A stretch of DNA of 62,252 nucleotides, filler included, from Nemertoderma westbladi (taxonomy: Eukaryota > Animalia > Xenacoelomorpha): the NCBI GenBank assembly GCA_032718475.1. It is 3 parts of 3 records of this genome, joined end to end, with 100 filler letters (N's around TTAATTAATTAA, not from the genome) between each part and the next. Parts side by side here need not be neighbours in the genome. Positions count along the whole stretch, not along the records: positions 1 to 24,838 come from JAUCBJ010006241.1; 2 more parts are not named here. The stretch is one strand, 5' to 3'. This document shows positions 1 to 11,900 of this stretch, piece by piece; within the stretch, counting starts at the first letter, position 1, and the number at the start of each line of letters is the position of its first letter. Made by a program: the position numbers and the translations under genes. The notes under the pieces were generated by a model that saw nothing but the letters and a program-made list of their open reading frames with translations, was not told the origin of the DNA and searched no databases.

Positions 1-78
1 GTTACCAGTTACTATGTCAGTTACCCGGTTACCAGTTACTATGTCAGTTACCCGGTTACCTGTTACTATGTCAGTTAT
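1..78. repeat. 27-bp tandem repeat (GTTACCAGTTACTATGTCAGTTACCCG), about 3 copies, runs off the window edge
   Basis: Unit read directly at 1, 28 and 55. Confidence 0.85.
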
Positions 79-736
79 ACTTAAATAAAATATCTGACAG
101 AGTAAACAAAATAAACAAGAGTTTGCCTTTTTTATTGATGCCGGAAGTCATATAAACCGCGGGATTTTAGTGTTTGGCTTTTATATTGTTCAGAAGCCAT
201 GGAAATTGGGGAGTCAGTAAAATGTTAAATATTATATGTCTAGCTAAAAAATAGTATCTGGGTCGAATCGCTTGAGCAAACTCAAGGTGGCAGAAGGGAG
301 AGCTTTTGGTTTCATATTCTTATGATTTCTACGAAGTGCTGAGATGACAGGGTCTGAAGTACACAGTAGTCGATTGAGCAAATCGCGGTTGGTTTTCAGA
401 CTATAACATTTTCGAGAAAAATTTTCCCTAAAGCTCTTAAAGTCTTTATTACGTTCCTCCTGCACTTCTTTACTATACAATATACATCGCAATGGGCAGT
501 GATAGTAATTCTATAGCTATGTGGCCATGGAATAAAAGTTTGTGAAGAGACTGTGGCAAGTAGGCCTAGTACCGGGGGAAGTTATATACATACTGCACAG
601 CAGTTTCGAGACTGTATTCCTGAAATTAAATTGCATCAATTTCAAAGCCACATGAAAGGAATCTATAATAGGCCCAAGTCTATAATATATAATATATATC
701 TATAATAACAAGTAGCCTAATTAAATTAATTGAATT

Positions 737-2470
737 ATAGAATTAATGTACCTCGACTTCTGGAGCCAGTAGGTGGAGTTATCATCACCCCATCATCATT
801 ATGATGATCTAAGGACATGCGTAGAACATAGTCAACCACAATAATGAACAAGAATGGTGCAAGTGTGTCTCCCTGGAGGACGCCCCATAACACTTCAAAT
901 GGTTCTGTGTCACCGTCAACAGAACAGTAGACACAAATGTTGTCGAACCATCGTAAGGCGGTGATCACTGGAGAAGGGTCGAAGTGTAAATGCATTACAG
1001 TCTTTTATAGAGCTCCTGTATTTCCTACGAAAAAGAATATGGTCTATCTGGGACTTGTGACCACTGGGTCCACTATGAGTCCATAGCTTTCCAGTTCGCT
1101 TCTTGAACTGGGTTCCAGCCGAAAACAATCCATTTCCAGAGATAAAATCCTGAAGATGGACAGAATTTCGGTTAACACTATTGCTATAGACCCAGGGCGA
1201 TGTAGGTGATTGATGCAGACTTGCATTAAAGTCTCCCAGGAATGTTAAGAATGCATGCTGATGCACTCCATCAGTAGCTGATTGTAGATTGTGGTAGAAA
1301 TTTTCCACCTACTCTACAGGGGCAACACTAGTTGGAGAGTAGCACACAATTAGAACCACCTTAGGAAACTTCTTAGCCAGTCTTCCAGAACAAAAGAAGT
1401 GGCAACGGATGATGCGGTTAGAGATTTGGTCTATTTTGTCCAATGCTGCATGTGCAGTTGGATTAATCAATAGACCAATTCCACCATTGCCACTCGCCAT
1501 CGCCAACCGCCCCCCATGTCCTTAATCAGAACCTCATCAGTGTGTCCAGTCTGCATTCGGTGCTCTTGAACACCCACTGCACTAAGAGAAAGCTTATCTG
1601 CCAAGGCAGTCAGCTCACCTTGTCGCATTGGGGACCCGAGTGTTAGGGTGTTTACTGAGGCTAGTCTAGTGACTTGCCTCAGATTCACCAATGGCTTTGT
1701 TGGTCGGGGTGGAACATGAGAGTAGCCTCCAACTCCAGAATCCCTCTCCCCCTCACAATCTGGCCTCCCTGGTTACCCAGGGTTTGGGCCAGAAAGGTCA
1801 TCAGGAAAGGGACTCAAATAATTGTTTGCCGCTCTCTCTCCAGTAGGGGGTGAGACAGGCAACCGGTCAGGAGTTAACTGACGCCTGTGAGGCCGATTGT
1901 GTCCAGTCATTCCACTGGCCTCTAGTGGCTGGACCTCCGCATTACTAATGTAATCCATAGTGGGGGTTGGGGGGTGCTTTTTTGCCGAGTCAGCTCTCGG
2001 GGAAAATACCACACCCTGGTTTGCCATTCCACAGGGTGGGTGTCGCAGTGGAGTCAGATATGAGGCCCATCACCCATATCTACTCTGGCGCACATGACCC
2101 ACCATTGGCTGTGCAGCTCATCTGCTGGGTCATGCCCTGTACCCCTGCTGCCAGGTGCAGGTCGCAGTGAAGTGCACTCATAGTGGACATGAGAACACTC
2201 TACTCCTGGCCAGCCATTGGTAGATCACCATCTGCCTGACCAGGCCATATACCTCTGCAGCCAAGTATATGGGTCCTTAATCCAGGACCAAGGGCGTCCT
2301 TATCCCAGAACGAAGGGGGTCCTAGTTACAGGACCAGATTTGCCCTAGTAAGAGGGTCTATGCAGCTACAGGTGGCACCTCCTTTATGCTGCATGGAGGT
2401 GGCAAGTTTTCTTGATCAATGACCTAGAAAACCTGACCTGACCTGAGGACTCTAGCACTCAAGGATCTTA
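737..2470 (-). mobile_element. RTE-like LINE, 5' part (5' UTR, AP endonuclease, partial RT), decayed and internally deleted
   Basis: Endonuclease motifs VGVQEHR, CYSPT, LGDFNA, SQIDHIL, SSDHR and RT motif GVLQGDTLAPFLFIIVVDYVLR lie across frameshifted ORFs 735-1691. SDH is joined almost directly to the QG motif, so the intervening RT part is missing. Confidence 0.85.
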
Positions 2471-2959
2471 AGATGACCAAAATCTCAACGTTAAGGTAGA
2501 TAAACCATGGCATGGTGGAACATTTTATTTTGAGATGATAACGGCCACCGGGTGTTTTCTAAGTTTTTGAATGTTGTTCATTTGAGAAGGTGTGGCACCA
2601 CATAAAGCACAACTTTGTGATGCATCTGACTTATCAGACAAAGTTGTGTGGATCACATCAACAATATGCTGAACACTTTTTAGTTCCACAGATGGTTTCG
2701 GTTGGCACAAACGATTGTCTTCAGCAATTATTTTCACTATTGACTCCTTCGTGAATTCGATCCTAAGATGCCTACAGTATATGGTTGAAGATGGTTTATT
2801 ATTGCGACAGATTATTTGGTGGTGGTGAGTAGAGTCGTTGAATCCACGCAATTTTCCAATGGCACAACACATTATATGAATAGAGAAGAATCATCCACAT
2901 CATTTTCAAAAAGGGGCAGATGTTTATAATTACTCTGGCCAGAGCTACTGTACCATCAA

Positions 2960-3629
2960 GAGCATAAGCTCAAAGGATGGTATGCTTGAGCATGTGGACG
3001 ACTTCTGTTACCTGGGATCATGGATCCGGAAGTCAGGTGAGGACCTTCGAATACGTAAGGGAAAGGCATGGGCAGCCTTGAATAGGCTTTCCAGGATTTG
3101 GAAGTCACCTAGAATTAATCGGAAACTTAAGGTCCGATTATTTAGAGCAGCAGTAGTTCCAGTACTCCTCTACGGGAGTCCATGCTGGGCTCTAACTGCT
3201 GAGGACACCAAATCTCTGGATGGCACATTCACAAGAATGCTACGCCGGGTACATTGTGTCAAGTACAATGCACACATCTCCAACCAGACACTATATAACA
3301 TTGGAGGTGTCTCATTGGTTCCCCCAAGCTTGACACTAGAAGAAAATCGCCTCCGCTTTGCAGGACATTGCTTTCGCCGTGAGGACCAGCCAGTGCATAA
3401 TCTTGTACTTTGGCAGCCTCATGGAGTGAATAAGCATGGTGGACAGCCCATGACTTTCTTGAGACGCATCTTAAAGGACACTGGCCTTAAAGATGCGGAT
3501 GATCTAGCAAATGTCATGGGTGATAGGGAGTTGTGGCGGTGCAATTTTGTTGACAAGCCGGCACACCATTCTTAAAAATGCAGCTGCAATGCAGCATGCC
3601 GATACTAGTAGTAGTAGTAGTAGTAGTAG
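2960..3629 (+). mobile_element. 5'-truncated RTE-like LINE (3' end of ORF) with (TAG)n tail and 14-bp target-site duplication
   Basis: ORF 2982-3575 (VDDFCYLGSWI...KVRLFRAAVVPVLLYGS...RLRFAGHCFRR); (TAG)n at 3606-3629; TACTGTACCATCAA at 2946-2959 and 3630-3643. Confidence 0.92.
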
Positions 3630-4431
3630 TACTGTACCATCAAACACACCCTAATTGACGATAAATGACATTTTTGTGAAATAATGAACATTTTAAAAAG
3701 CCAAATTCTCAAAAGGGACACAAAAGGGCATCTTTATAATTTACTGGTTAGAAGTGCTATAAATAGTGGGTCATTTGTGATTAAACAAATTGACGAAGGC
3801 TCTTGAGAGAAAAATAGCGCAGCTTATTAAATTTTGAAATATGATATTTTTTCGTAGCAATATTAAGTTTATCTAATGATAACCTTTTATTATTCCTTTG
3901 AACGACTCAAAAGTGTGTTTTTCGCATTCAGCTCGACATGTACAGCAATTTGAAAAAAAAATTTATTTCTGGCAATTTCTTGATAAAATAATTCTTTTTT
4001 TAAAATAATTTTTGATTTGAGAACGAATTCGTCTCATTACTTCTTTGGCGCGATTGTATTGAATTCCTGACAACAGCTGTTATTATTATTAATCAATTGA
4101 CACCTCGACTCCTCTCCGACTACTCTACCCAACATAAAAAAATAATCATTTCGCTAACTGCTCTCTATCTTCTATAATAACAACAGCTTTTATAATTCAG
4201 TATATTTTTATTTTCATTGGTTAAGAGACGAGATACACTAACATTCACCAACATTCACCAATCAGTAGATTATTACAACGGAATAATTATAGTTTGAAGG
4301 TGTCTAGAAAATTGCTCGTACACCGAGATTACGTTCAGACTAATTTATCAGATAGAACAAAAAGCTTTCAAACTCGTACTGTATCTTACGACTTGCTTCA
4401 CAGGCTGCTACAGTAGGCCCGTCTATATTAT

Positions 4432-5963
4432 TTATGGTGGCGCTGAGCGGCCAATTTTTGTAATCTTTTTTTATGTTTCCCCGACTTTTGCAAACTCGTT
4501 CGAACGACTTTACAAAACTCGTGAAAACCAAAAAAAAGATTACAAAAGTTCCCGAGTTTTGTAAAGTCGTTCGAATGAGTTTGAGGGAAACAAACTAGGG
4601 TATAGAAACCACTCCACCCAGTTAGATTTATTTCCCTGAGTTTGCAAAAGTCGGGAGAACAAAAAAGAAGATTACAAAAAGCAAACTTTTGTTTTCCCGA
4701 ATTTTGTAAAGTCGTTCGAACGAGTTTGCAAAAGTCGGGGAAACAAACTTGAAGGGGTGTTTGTTGGTATAGAAACCACTCCAGCCAATTAGATTTGTTT
4801 CACCGAGTTTTGTATTAAAGTCGTTCGAATGAGTTTGCAAAAGTCGGGGAAACAAACTTGATTGGGTGTTTGTTGGTATAGAAACCACTCCAGCCAATTA
4901 GATTTGTTTCCCCGAGTTTTGTATTAAAGACGTTCGAACGAGTTTGCAAAAGTCCGGGAAATAAACTTGATTGGGTGTTTGTTGGTATAGAAACCACTCC
5001 AGCCAATTAGATTTGTTTCCCCGAGTTTTGTAAAGTCGTTCGAACGAGTTTGCAAAAGTCGGGGAAAAAACTTGATTGGGTGTTTGTTGGTATAGAAACC
5101 ACTCCAGCTAATTAGATTTGTTTCCCCGAGTTTTGTAAAGTCGTTCGAACGAGTTTGCAAAAGTCGGGGAAATAAACTTGATTGGGTGTTTGTTGGTATA
5201 GAAACCACTCCAGCCAATTAGATTTGTTTCCCCGAGTTTTGTAAAGTCGTTCGAACGAGTTTGCAAAAGTCGGGGAAATAAACTTGATTGGGTGTTTGTT
5301 GGTATAGAAACCACTCCAGCCAATTAGATTTGTTTCCCCGAGTTTTGTAAAGTCGTTCGAACGAGTTTGCAAAAGTCGGGGAAACAAACTTGATTGGGTG
5401 TTTGTTGGTATAGAAACCACTCCAGCTAATTAGATTTGTTTCCCCGAGTTTTGTAAAGTCGTTCGAACGAGTTTGCAAAAGTCGGGGAAAAAACTTGATT
5501 GGGTGTTTGTTGGTATAGAAACCACTCCATCCAATTAGATTTGTTTCCCCGAGTTTTGTAAAGTCGTTCGAACGAGTTTGCAAAAGTCGGGGAAACAAAC
5601 TTGATTGGGTGTTTGTTGGTATAGAAACCACTCCATCCAATTAGATTTGTTTCCCCGAGTTTTGTAAAGTCGTTCGAACGAGTTTGCAAAAGTCGGGGAA
5701 ACAAACTTGATTGGGTGTTTGTTGGTAGAAACCACTCCAGCCAATTGGATTTATTTCCCCGAGTTTTGTAAAGTCGTTCGAACGAGTTTGCAAAAGTCGG
5801 GGAAACAAACTTGATTGGGTGTTTGTTGGTATAGAAACCACTCCAGCCAATTAGATTTGTTTCCCCGAGTTTTGTAAAGTCGTTCGAACGAGTTTGCAAA
5901 AGACGGGGGAACAATAAAAAAGATTACAAAACTGACAAAACTGGCCGCTCAGGGCCACCATAA
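4432..5963. mobile_element. Non-autonomous TIR element containing ~12 copies of a 106-bp palindromic tandem repeat
   Basis: TTATGGTGGCGCTGAGCGGCCA at 4432 is inverted to TGGCCGCTCAGGGCCACCATAA ending at 5963. The internal unit TTAGATTTGTTTCCCCGAG...CCACTCCAGCCAA is repeated over ~4620-5910. Confidence 0.85.
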
Positions 5964-6239
5964 GTATTTGATATACAAACATGGGTACAAAACAAAGACC
6001 GAAGATCCACGACCCAATTAAGTAACCTGCACAATCTTGTAACATGTGTTAACTTTTATTTATTGTTTTGGTTCCCAGAAAACTCTCCCGTGTAACCTGC
6101 TCCTTTCTTCATTTACTAAATCTGTTCAAAATAGCTTACATTGCTTAAATAGCTTAAATGGGACTTAACGCTATTTGGGACCTAACGTTCTTTGGGACCT
6201 AACCGAACGCTCTTTGGGACTTGTACAAAACAAAGAGGT

Positions 6240-6610
6240 AAAGTTTGCCATGCGCAGATAACTTGGTCGAAGTTATCATTATTGTCAGCAGCAATGTAGA
6301 AGACCACATCCGTGATGTGAAACCGTATTGAAACAATGTGAACGATTTGCAATCTCTCTCAATCCTACTAAGGTACAATTTTGTCAAACAGAAGTGTCAC
6401 TTGGCGGTTATAAGGTCTCAAAAGGTATGTTTAGTATTGATCCAGCTCTTATACAAGATATGCGCGATTTCCCTGTACCAAAGAATCGAACAGACCTCAG
6501 ATCCTTTATGGGTTTAGCAAACCAATTGGGGGAGATTTTGACCACAATTTAACAGCCATCTTAGAACCTCTATGTAGCTTAGACCGCAATCATTACACCT
6601 TTACCTGGAA
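6240..6610 (+). mobile_element. Ty3/gypsy LTR-retrotransposon pol fragment (end of RT / connection region)
   Basis: ISLNPTKVQFCQTEVSLGGYKVS...DFPVPKNRTDLRSFMGLANQLG, with stops on both sides. Confidence 0.8.
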
Positions 6611-8308
6611 TGTAGCTATACTATAAAATACAAAAAATCTCATAAAATGATTTACAAAGAAGTTTAATTAAATTATACGCACACTTACAAATAGAAATGA
6701 AAATAACAATATTTTTAATTACGTGAGCATTGGGCGGCGGCGTCGATAGTATGTAATTATGAAATGTTTATAGGTTTGAATTCCCCGCTTTTGTGAATAT
6801 TGATTATAAGGATGGCAAATTGATGGGTCCATCGCCAAACGTTTTGTTTTTTTTGGGATAAATCACCAATTTCATTGAAAGTTAACAAGAATATGAAGGA
6901 AGGAGAGCCACAAAGAAGTCACTGTCCGAGGGAATGAATTATAGTTAACACACACTGTAGTTCAACAAATTATTATTGAGCGCCCAGTTAAGTTGTACTG
7001 TATAATGTTTATAAACTTTGAAAAAAGGAAGAAAATTATAAATTCGTATCTAAGAAAATGAAGTAACGTCGAAACAAAGTAACTGCCAAAGCCACCGCAA
7101 TTAAATCACTTATAATGAAAATATCTAAATTATTATTAAATAGTGATAACAAAATTGCTAATTTTTTAACAAATTACATTTAATTGAAATAAATACGAGT
7201 GGTACTATAGAGCTATTCATAAATTTGGAGCCACATATTGTGCTCTGGGATACAGGAAACCTCAAAATTGTCACTTTTTCAAACAAATTAATTATCCAAG
7301 CAAATTTTCTGCGAGAAATAGGTTTAACATTGTATAATATTTTAGACATAAATTGCACTTAGAAAACGTAAGAATTGGGAGCCACGTCAATTCGAGCCAC
7401 AAATTAATCACATGTTTCAAACTGTTGTAACTTCGTAAATACCTACATTCTTACAAAAAACATTTTTTTAAATAGTAGAAAAATTATTCAATTTAATCTA
7501 CATAGAAAAACGACTGCAAGGCAGCCACAATTTGACCACGCAAAACATAACAGATGCAGTACTAATCCAACTGTCCAATATTGGGCTATTTTACGTGACC
7601 ATGATCACCAACTTCTCTGAATACCGAATTAGTACAAGCACTTTACTAACTTGCTGTGACTAGGACTAAGTTTCTCAGATAGAGGGGGAAACTGGACGCA
7701 AAGTTCATCCCTCTCCAGGGGAAATTCGACGCAAATAACAGCTGACTATGCTCATAAATAAAACTGTAACCTGTTCTATTGTGCTTAGTTTATTGTTTTG
7801 GTTAAAATAACGTGCCACTGCGCCTGCTCCTTTCCCTAAATTGAGAATTTAACATTGAGGCGGGATATTATTTCGCCAAGGCGGGTTTTGCGTCGAGTTC
7901 CCCCCCCCCCCCCCCCCCCCCCCCTGTCTCAAGTTTCTTGTTAGTCACACATTTATGAATACCCCCCCCCCCCCCCCCCCCCCCCCCCAGGTGTCTGGAT
8001 TTACCGTGTGCCAGTCCTTGCTGTATGTAGTCCAGTAGTCCTGTAGTCCTTGGTACAGGTAACCGTAACACTGTAAGATAGGCCTATCTGGTATTCTGGT
8101 ACCGGTACTGGTATAGTCCAGTAGTCAGATAGTGGTACACCACAGCACCACCCTACAGCCCTACTGCCCTACTTTTCAAATTTCAACCTTCCGCCTTCTA
8201 TTACCAGATCAATCTGCTATTCCTGTCAGGGTGTATTTACTGTAGGCCTATTACATGTATTACAGTAGGCCCTATTACATATTACTGTATTATAGGCCTA
8301 ACTGTATA

Positions 8309-8773
8309 CAGTTAGGAACACTGGTCACTTTCTGGCTGAAGCTCAGCCAAAAATTATCCACATATTTACAGCCAGAAAGTGTCCGTGCAGCTACTATTTC
8401 TGTATTTGTCCTTCACAGACTCCGATTATATTTTCGGACATAATCAGCATGTTTTGGCTGTAACTTCACTAGTCTGCTAGTCCTCAAAGCAGAAGCTGGG
8501 CACATAAGGTGACAATTTTTACTTTTAATATTAATGATAATTGTCCCAACGATGAGATTCTAATTCTCAAATTAATTTATAGGCCTACAGAATTTTATGG
8601 CTGTTCTAATGGCATAATTTTTAGAATGCCAATGTTAAAATTTCACTGCCGGTTTTCAAATGAAATTTAGCATTGTTTTCTATCAGTCTATGGAGAAATT
8701 TCACTCTGAGAGCATTTTCCGCGGACACATTCTGGCTGTAAATTGGACAAATTGTGACCAGTGTTCCTGACTG
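8309..8773. mobile_element. Tc1/mariner-like MITE ~150 bp upstream of the USP start codon
   Basis: TA|CAGTTAGGAACACTGGTCAC ... GTGACCAGTGTTCCTGACTG, ~20-bp TIRs with one mismatch. The right-hand TA is offset by one base. Confidence 0.65.
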
Positions 8774-8921
8774 GTATAGGCGTAGTAAGTGATAAGGGCC
8801 AACCTACTGCTGTACTGACCTAATAATAATAAATTGAAATAATTCAGTACCGGTAGCCTACTGCAGTAATTCAGTAATTAGGCCTAAAATAAGATTCATG
8901 CATTCCGTATAAATCGAGCCG

Positions 8922-11900
8922 ATGCCATCTTTAAGTAACCCTCGTATTTCCACCTACTCTCCCAATTACTCCCGACACAATTACGCCACCAACGGATACG
9001 CCAGCGGCAACTCCACCACCTTAGGAACGCGAACTTTACCACCGAGGCCTTCTGCCTCCAAACAAACCTTTACCTCCCAACTCCGTCGCAATGCGACCAA
9101 CCAAACATCCGTAAACTCGAGAACCACCCCGATTCGGGCCACGCAGACTGGGGTCTCCTCTACGTACAATAGCCCCTACTCCACTGGGTCTTCAGGCTAC
9201 GGTAGACGGACAGGTAGTTACCCTACACCCGCCTCACCTATCGGTAGGAGCAGAAGCATCAGCGATCTTAGCAACTCGCTCGCCTCTTCTTCCATATCTT
9301 CGGTTCCGTCCTACTCAACTCGGAATCAGGCTACCTCGTCTACTTATGTGTCTGATACCCCGGACAGGGCTCCTACTCTTAATGGTGCTATAATAAAACG
9401 GTCCAGAGACATCGACGATGTTGAAGATGGTTAGTCATAGTCATTTACCTGGCAGAACCCCTTAATTTTTCGACCAGCCATTTTTAAATATTTCTGTAGG
9501 CCTATTTGCAAATACGAAATATAAAAATAAACGGGAACAGGAACAAGTAAAAACGTAGCCTGGTTGCCTGGTTAAAACGTACGGCGTACGTACGGTACCC
9601 GGCCGAACACGTTCCTCAATGTTGGATATGTTTTCACTATAACTGTATAAGGCAAAGGGTACCGGTACGTTTTTGTACCGGTGCCGGTAGTTAAAACTGT
9701 AAAACGTACCTGCTCTGCTGCTCATTTTCCTCATAATTGGCAGGTGTGATTGATAAAGCAAAAGCAGTGAAGTGATCGTTTATTGTTTTGGTTAATAGAA
9801 AACACTGACACTGTAACCTGATCCTTTCCCTTAATGCTTTTAATTTAATTTAATTAATTTTTAAAACCCTCTGAACACGTAGTTTATGTTTGCGATCAAT
9901 TTGCGCCATTGACTCGGAAACGTACCCACAAACCTTACCGGTAAGTTAAATCTGACGGGTACCGTACGTTATTACTTATTGGTCGGGTAAGTTTTAAGTT
10001 TTTCACCAATTAACGAAAAAATGTCATCCCCTTATTTAGGACACTGGATTTTCTCCAAATTAATTGATGTTTTGCACACCTGTTTAGTGTTTATAATAGG
10101 CCTACCGGTATGTGGAAAAAAATTATTCAACAATTTTTTTTCGAAATTTTTAATTTTTTACCTAAATTAACATAATTTATGCAATTATTTTTTAAAAGGC
10201 AAAGGCTTTTAGAGGGATGGTCATCAAGTGCCAAAAATTTAATCATTTGTGCACAATGCTATCGTGAATCGATCCTATTACAGTATTAGGCCCTACCAAA
10301 ACTTTGATAAATGCTTCCGTTCAAAAATTATTTAAAAGAAACCGAATTTTTGGCGGATTTTTTAGGCCATTTTTAGCCAAAAATTGCAACATTTTGTTAA
10401 ATATTTCAGCTATAACAAAGAAAATTTAAAAAGTGGTAATAGGAGGTGTTAAGAATCACCCAGATATCATTAGTGCCAAATTTCACAAGAATTCGTTCAT
10501 TTTTCAAAGCCTGTGCATTTTGAAATTTATTATTTGCATTCTTCAGAAAACCCATTTAAAGTTTATCGTTAGGGTAATTTAATTAATTAAAATGTTTGAT
10601 TTCATTTCTGAAGTCAGTTTCCTCATTTGACTGCGTCATGTCGGTCTGAACTGAATTGATGTCGGTCTGTCCGCAAAAATATTACCGACAGCTTAACAGA
10701 CAAACAGACAAAGTTGATGACGTAATACATGAAAACTGACATCGGAAATGAAATCACCAACCATACAAACCCCCATAACAAAATTTGTTGCTAGTTGGTA
10801 TGCTTTCCTATTACTTTGACAGACAGATCGCTGGTCAGACAGAAAAGCAGACAAACAGATATACAGACATAGTAGGTTTGGTTAAAAGTGAAAACTGACG
10901 TCAGAAATGAAATCAGCAGCCAGGATAACCCCCAAAACTGATCTTTTGGCTTGGTGGAATGCGTTCCTAAATTTTGACAGACAGACAGATGGACATACAG
11001 GCAGAGACCGACAGACAGACATAATATACTTCTCTAAATATGAATACTGACATCGGAATTGAAATCAACGACCAGGAAGACCAACACAAAAAGTTTTAGG
11101 TTGATGGTATGATGTCCTTATATTTTTGACAGACAGATTGTCGGACAGACAGACTGACGGACAGACATAAAGACATAATAGTATTCGATAAAAGTGAAAA
11201 CTGACGTTAGGAATGAAGTCAGCGACCATGAAAACCACCATTACATAACCTTTAGCTAAGATGAATGCTTTTGTTATATTTTGACAGACATACCATCAGA
11301 AACACAATCCCAGACAGACACTTTTGACAGACACTTACACAGAGTAAGGTTAACATTATCACTCATAACTTTTGAACTACATTAGTTATTAGTTATTATT
11401 ACTAACCTGTAACCTAGAAATAAACGACTGGTAAAAAAAAACCCGTACCGGTAACTTCATTCATTATCTCAGGAATTCTGTAAAATAACTACAACATAGA
11501 CTTACCGGTACCGGAGTGAATTTGTATATGACAACAACCGTACGGTAGCCGAGATATAAACTTTCTAATATTATATGTTTTTCCGGACTGCCGGATTTGG
11601 TGTAGAAATGTCCTGATGTCACTTTAAAAAAAAAGGATTTTCCATTTTGGGCTTTACGGCAGATTCTGATAGATAATTTTTCGAGCTTTCCAAGATATGT
11701 ATCATTCTACTGTATCCACAGACGGCCAAGTACGGTAGGGTTGAGCATTGTGGCAACATATAATGGTATTGACAGATGTTATGTTATGTTATTAATATTG
11801 CCAGAATAACTATAAAATATTACATTTTGCAATATACCTGTCCGGTATACAGTAGAATGACATAAATATGAACATTATCTGGCAAAGTACGCTAATAAAC

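Larger units (their letters stand above)
244..3700 (-). mobile_element. Decayed Transib (RAG1-related) transposase in three pieces, interrupted by LINE insertions
   Basis: Minus-strand Transib-type motifs: G-x-F-D-G...SSGQSNYK (~3655-3631 joined to 2945-2920), NNKPSSTIYCRHLRIEF and SQSCALCGATPSQMNN (2525-2872), GLST (~2500), LPQSLHKLLFHG (~560-520) and EVQEERNKDFKSFRENFSRK...LLCTSDPVIS (244-492). Stops and frameshifts are present; no TIRs found. Confidence 0.85.

Noticed and set aside
4620-5910. CRISPR-like array and the many overlapping ORFs
   Set aside because: Sequences between the palindromes are identical rather than unique spacers, there are no cas genes and the context is eukaryotic. 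The ORFs are by-products of the repeat.
7899-7988. Poly-C tracts giving poly-Gly ORFs (also 27833-27858)
   Set aside because: Homopolymer runs of unreliable length with no coding evidence.
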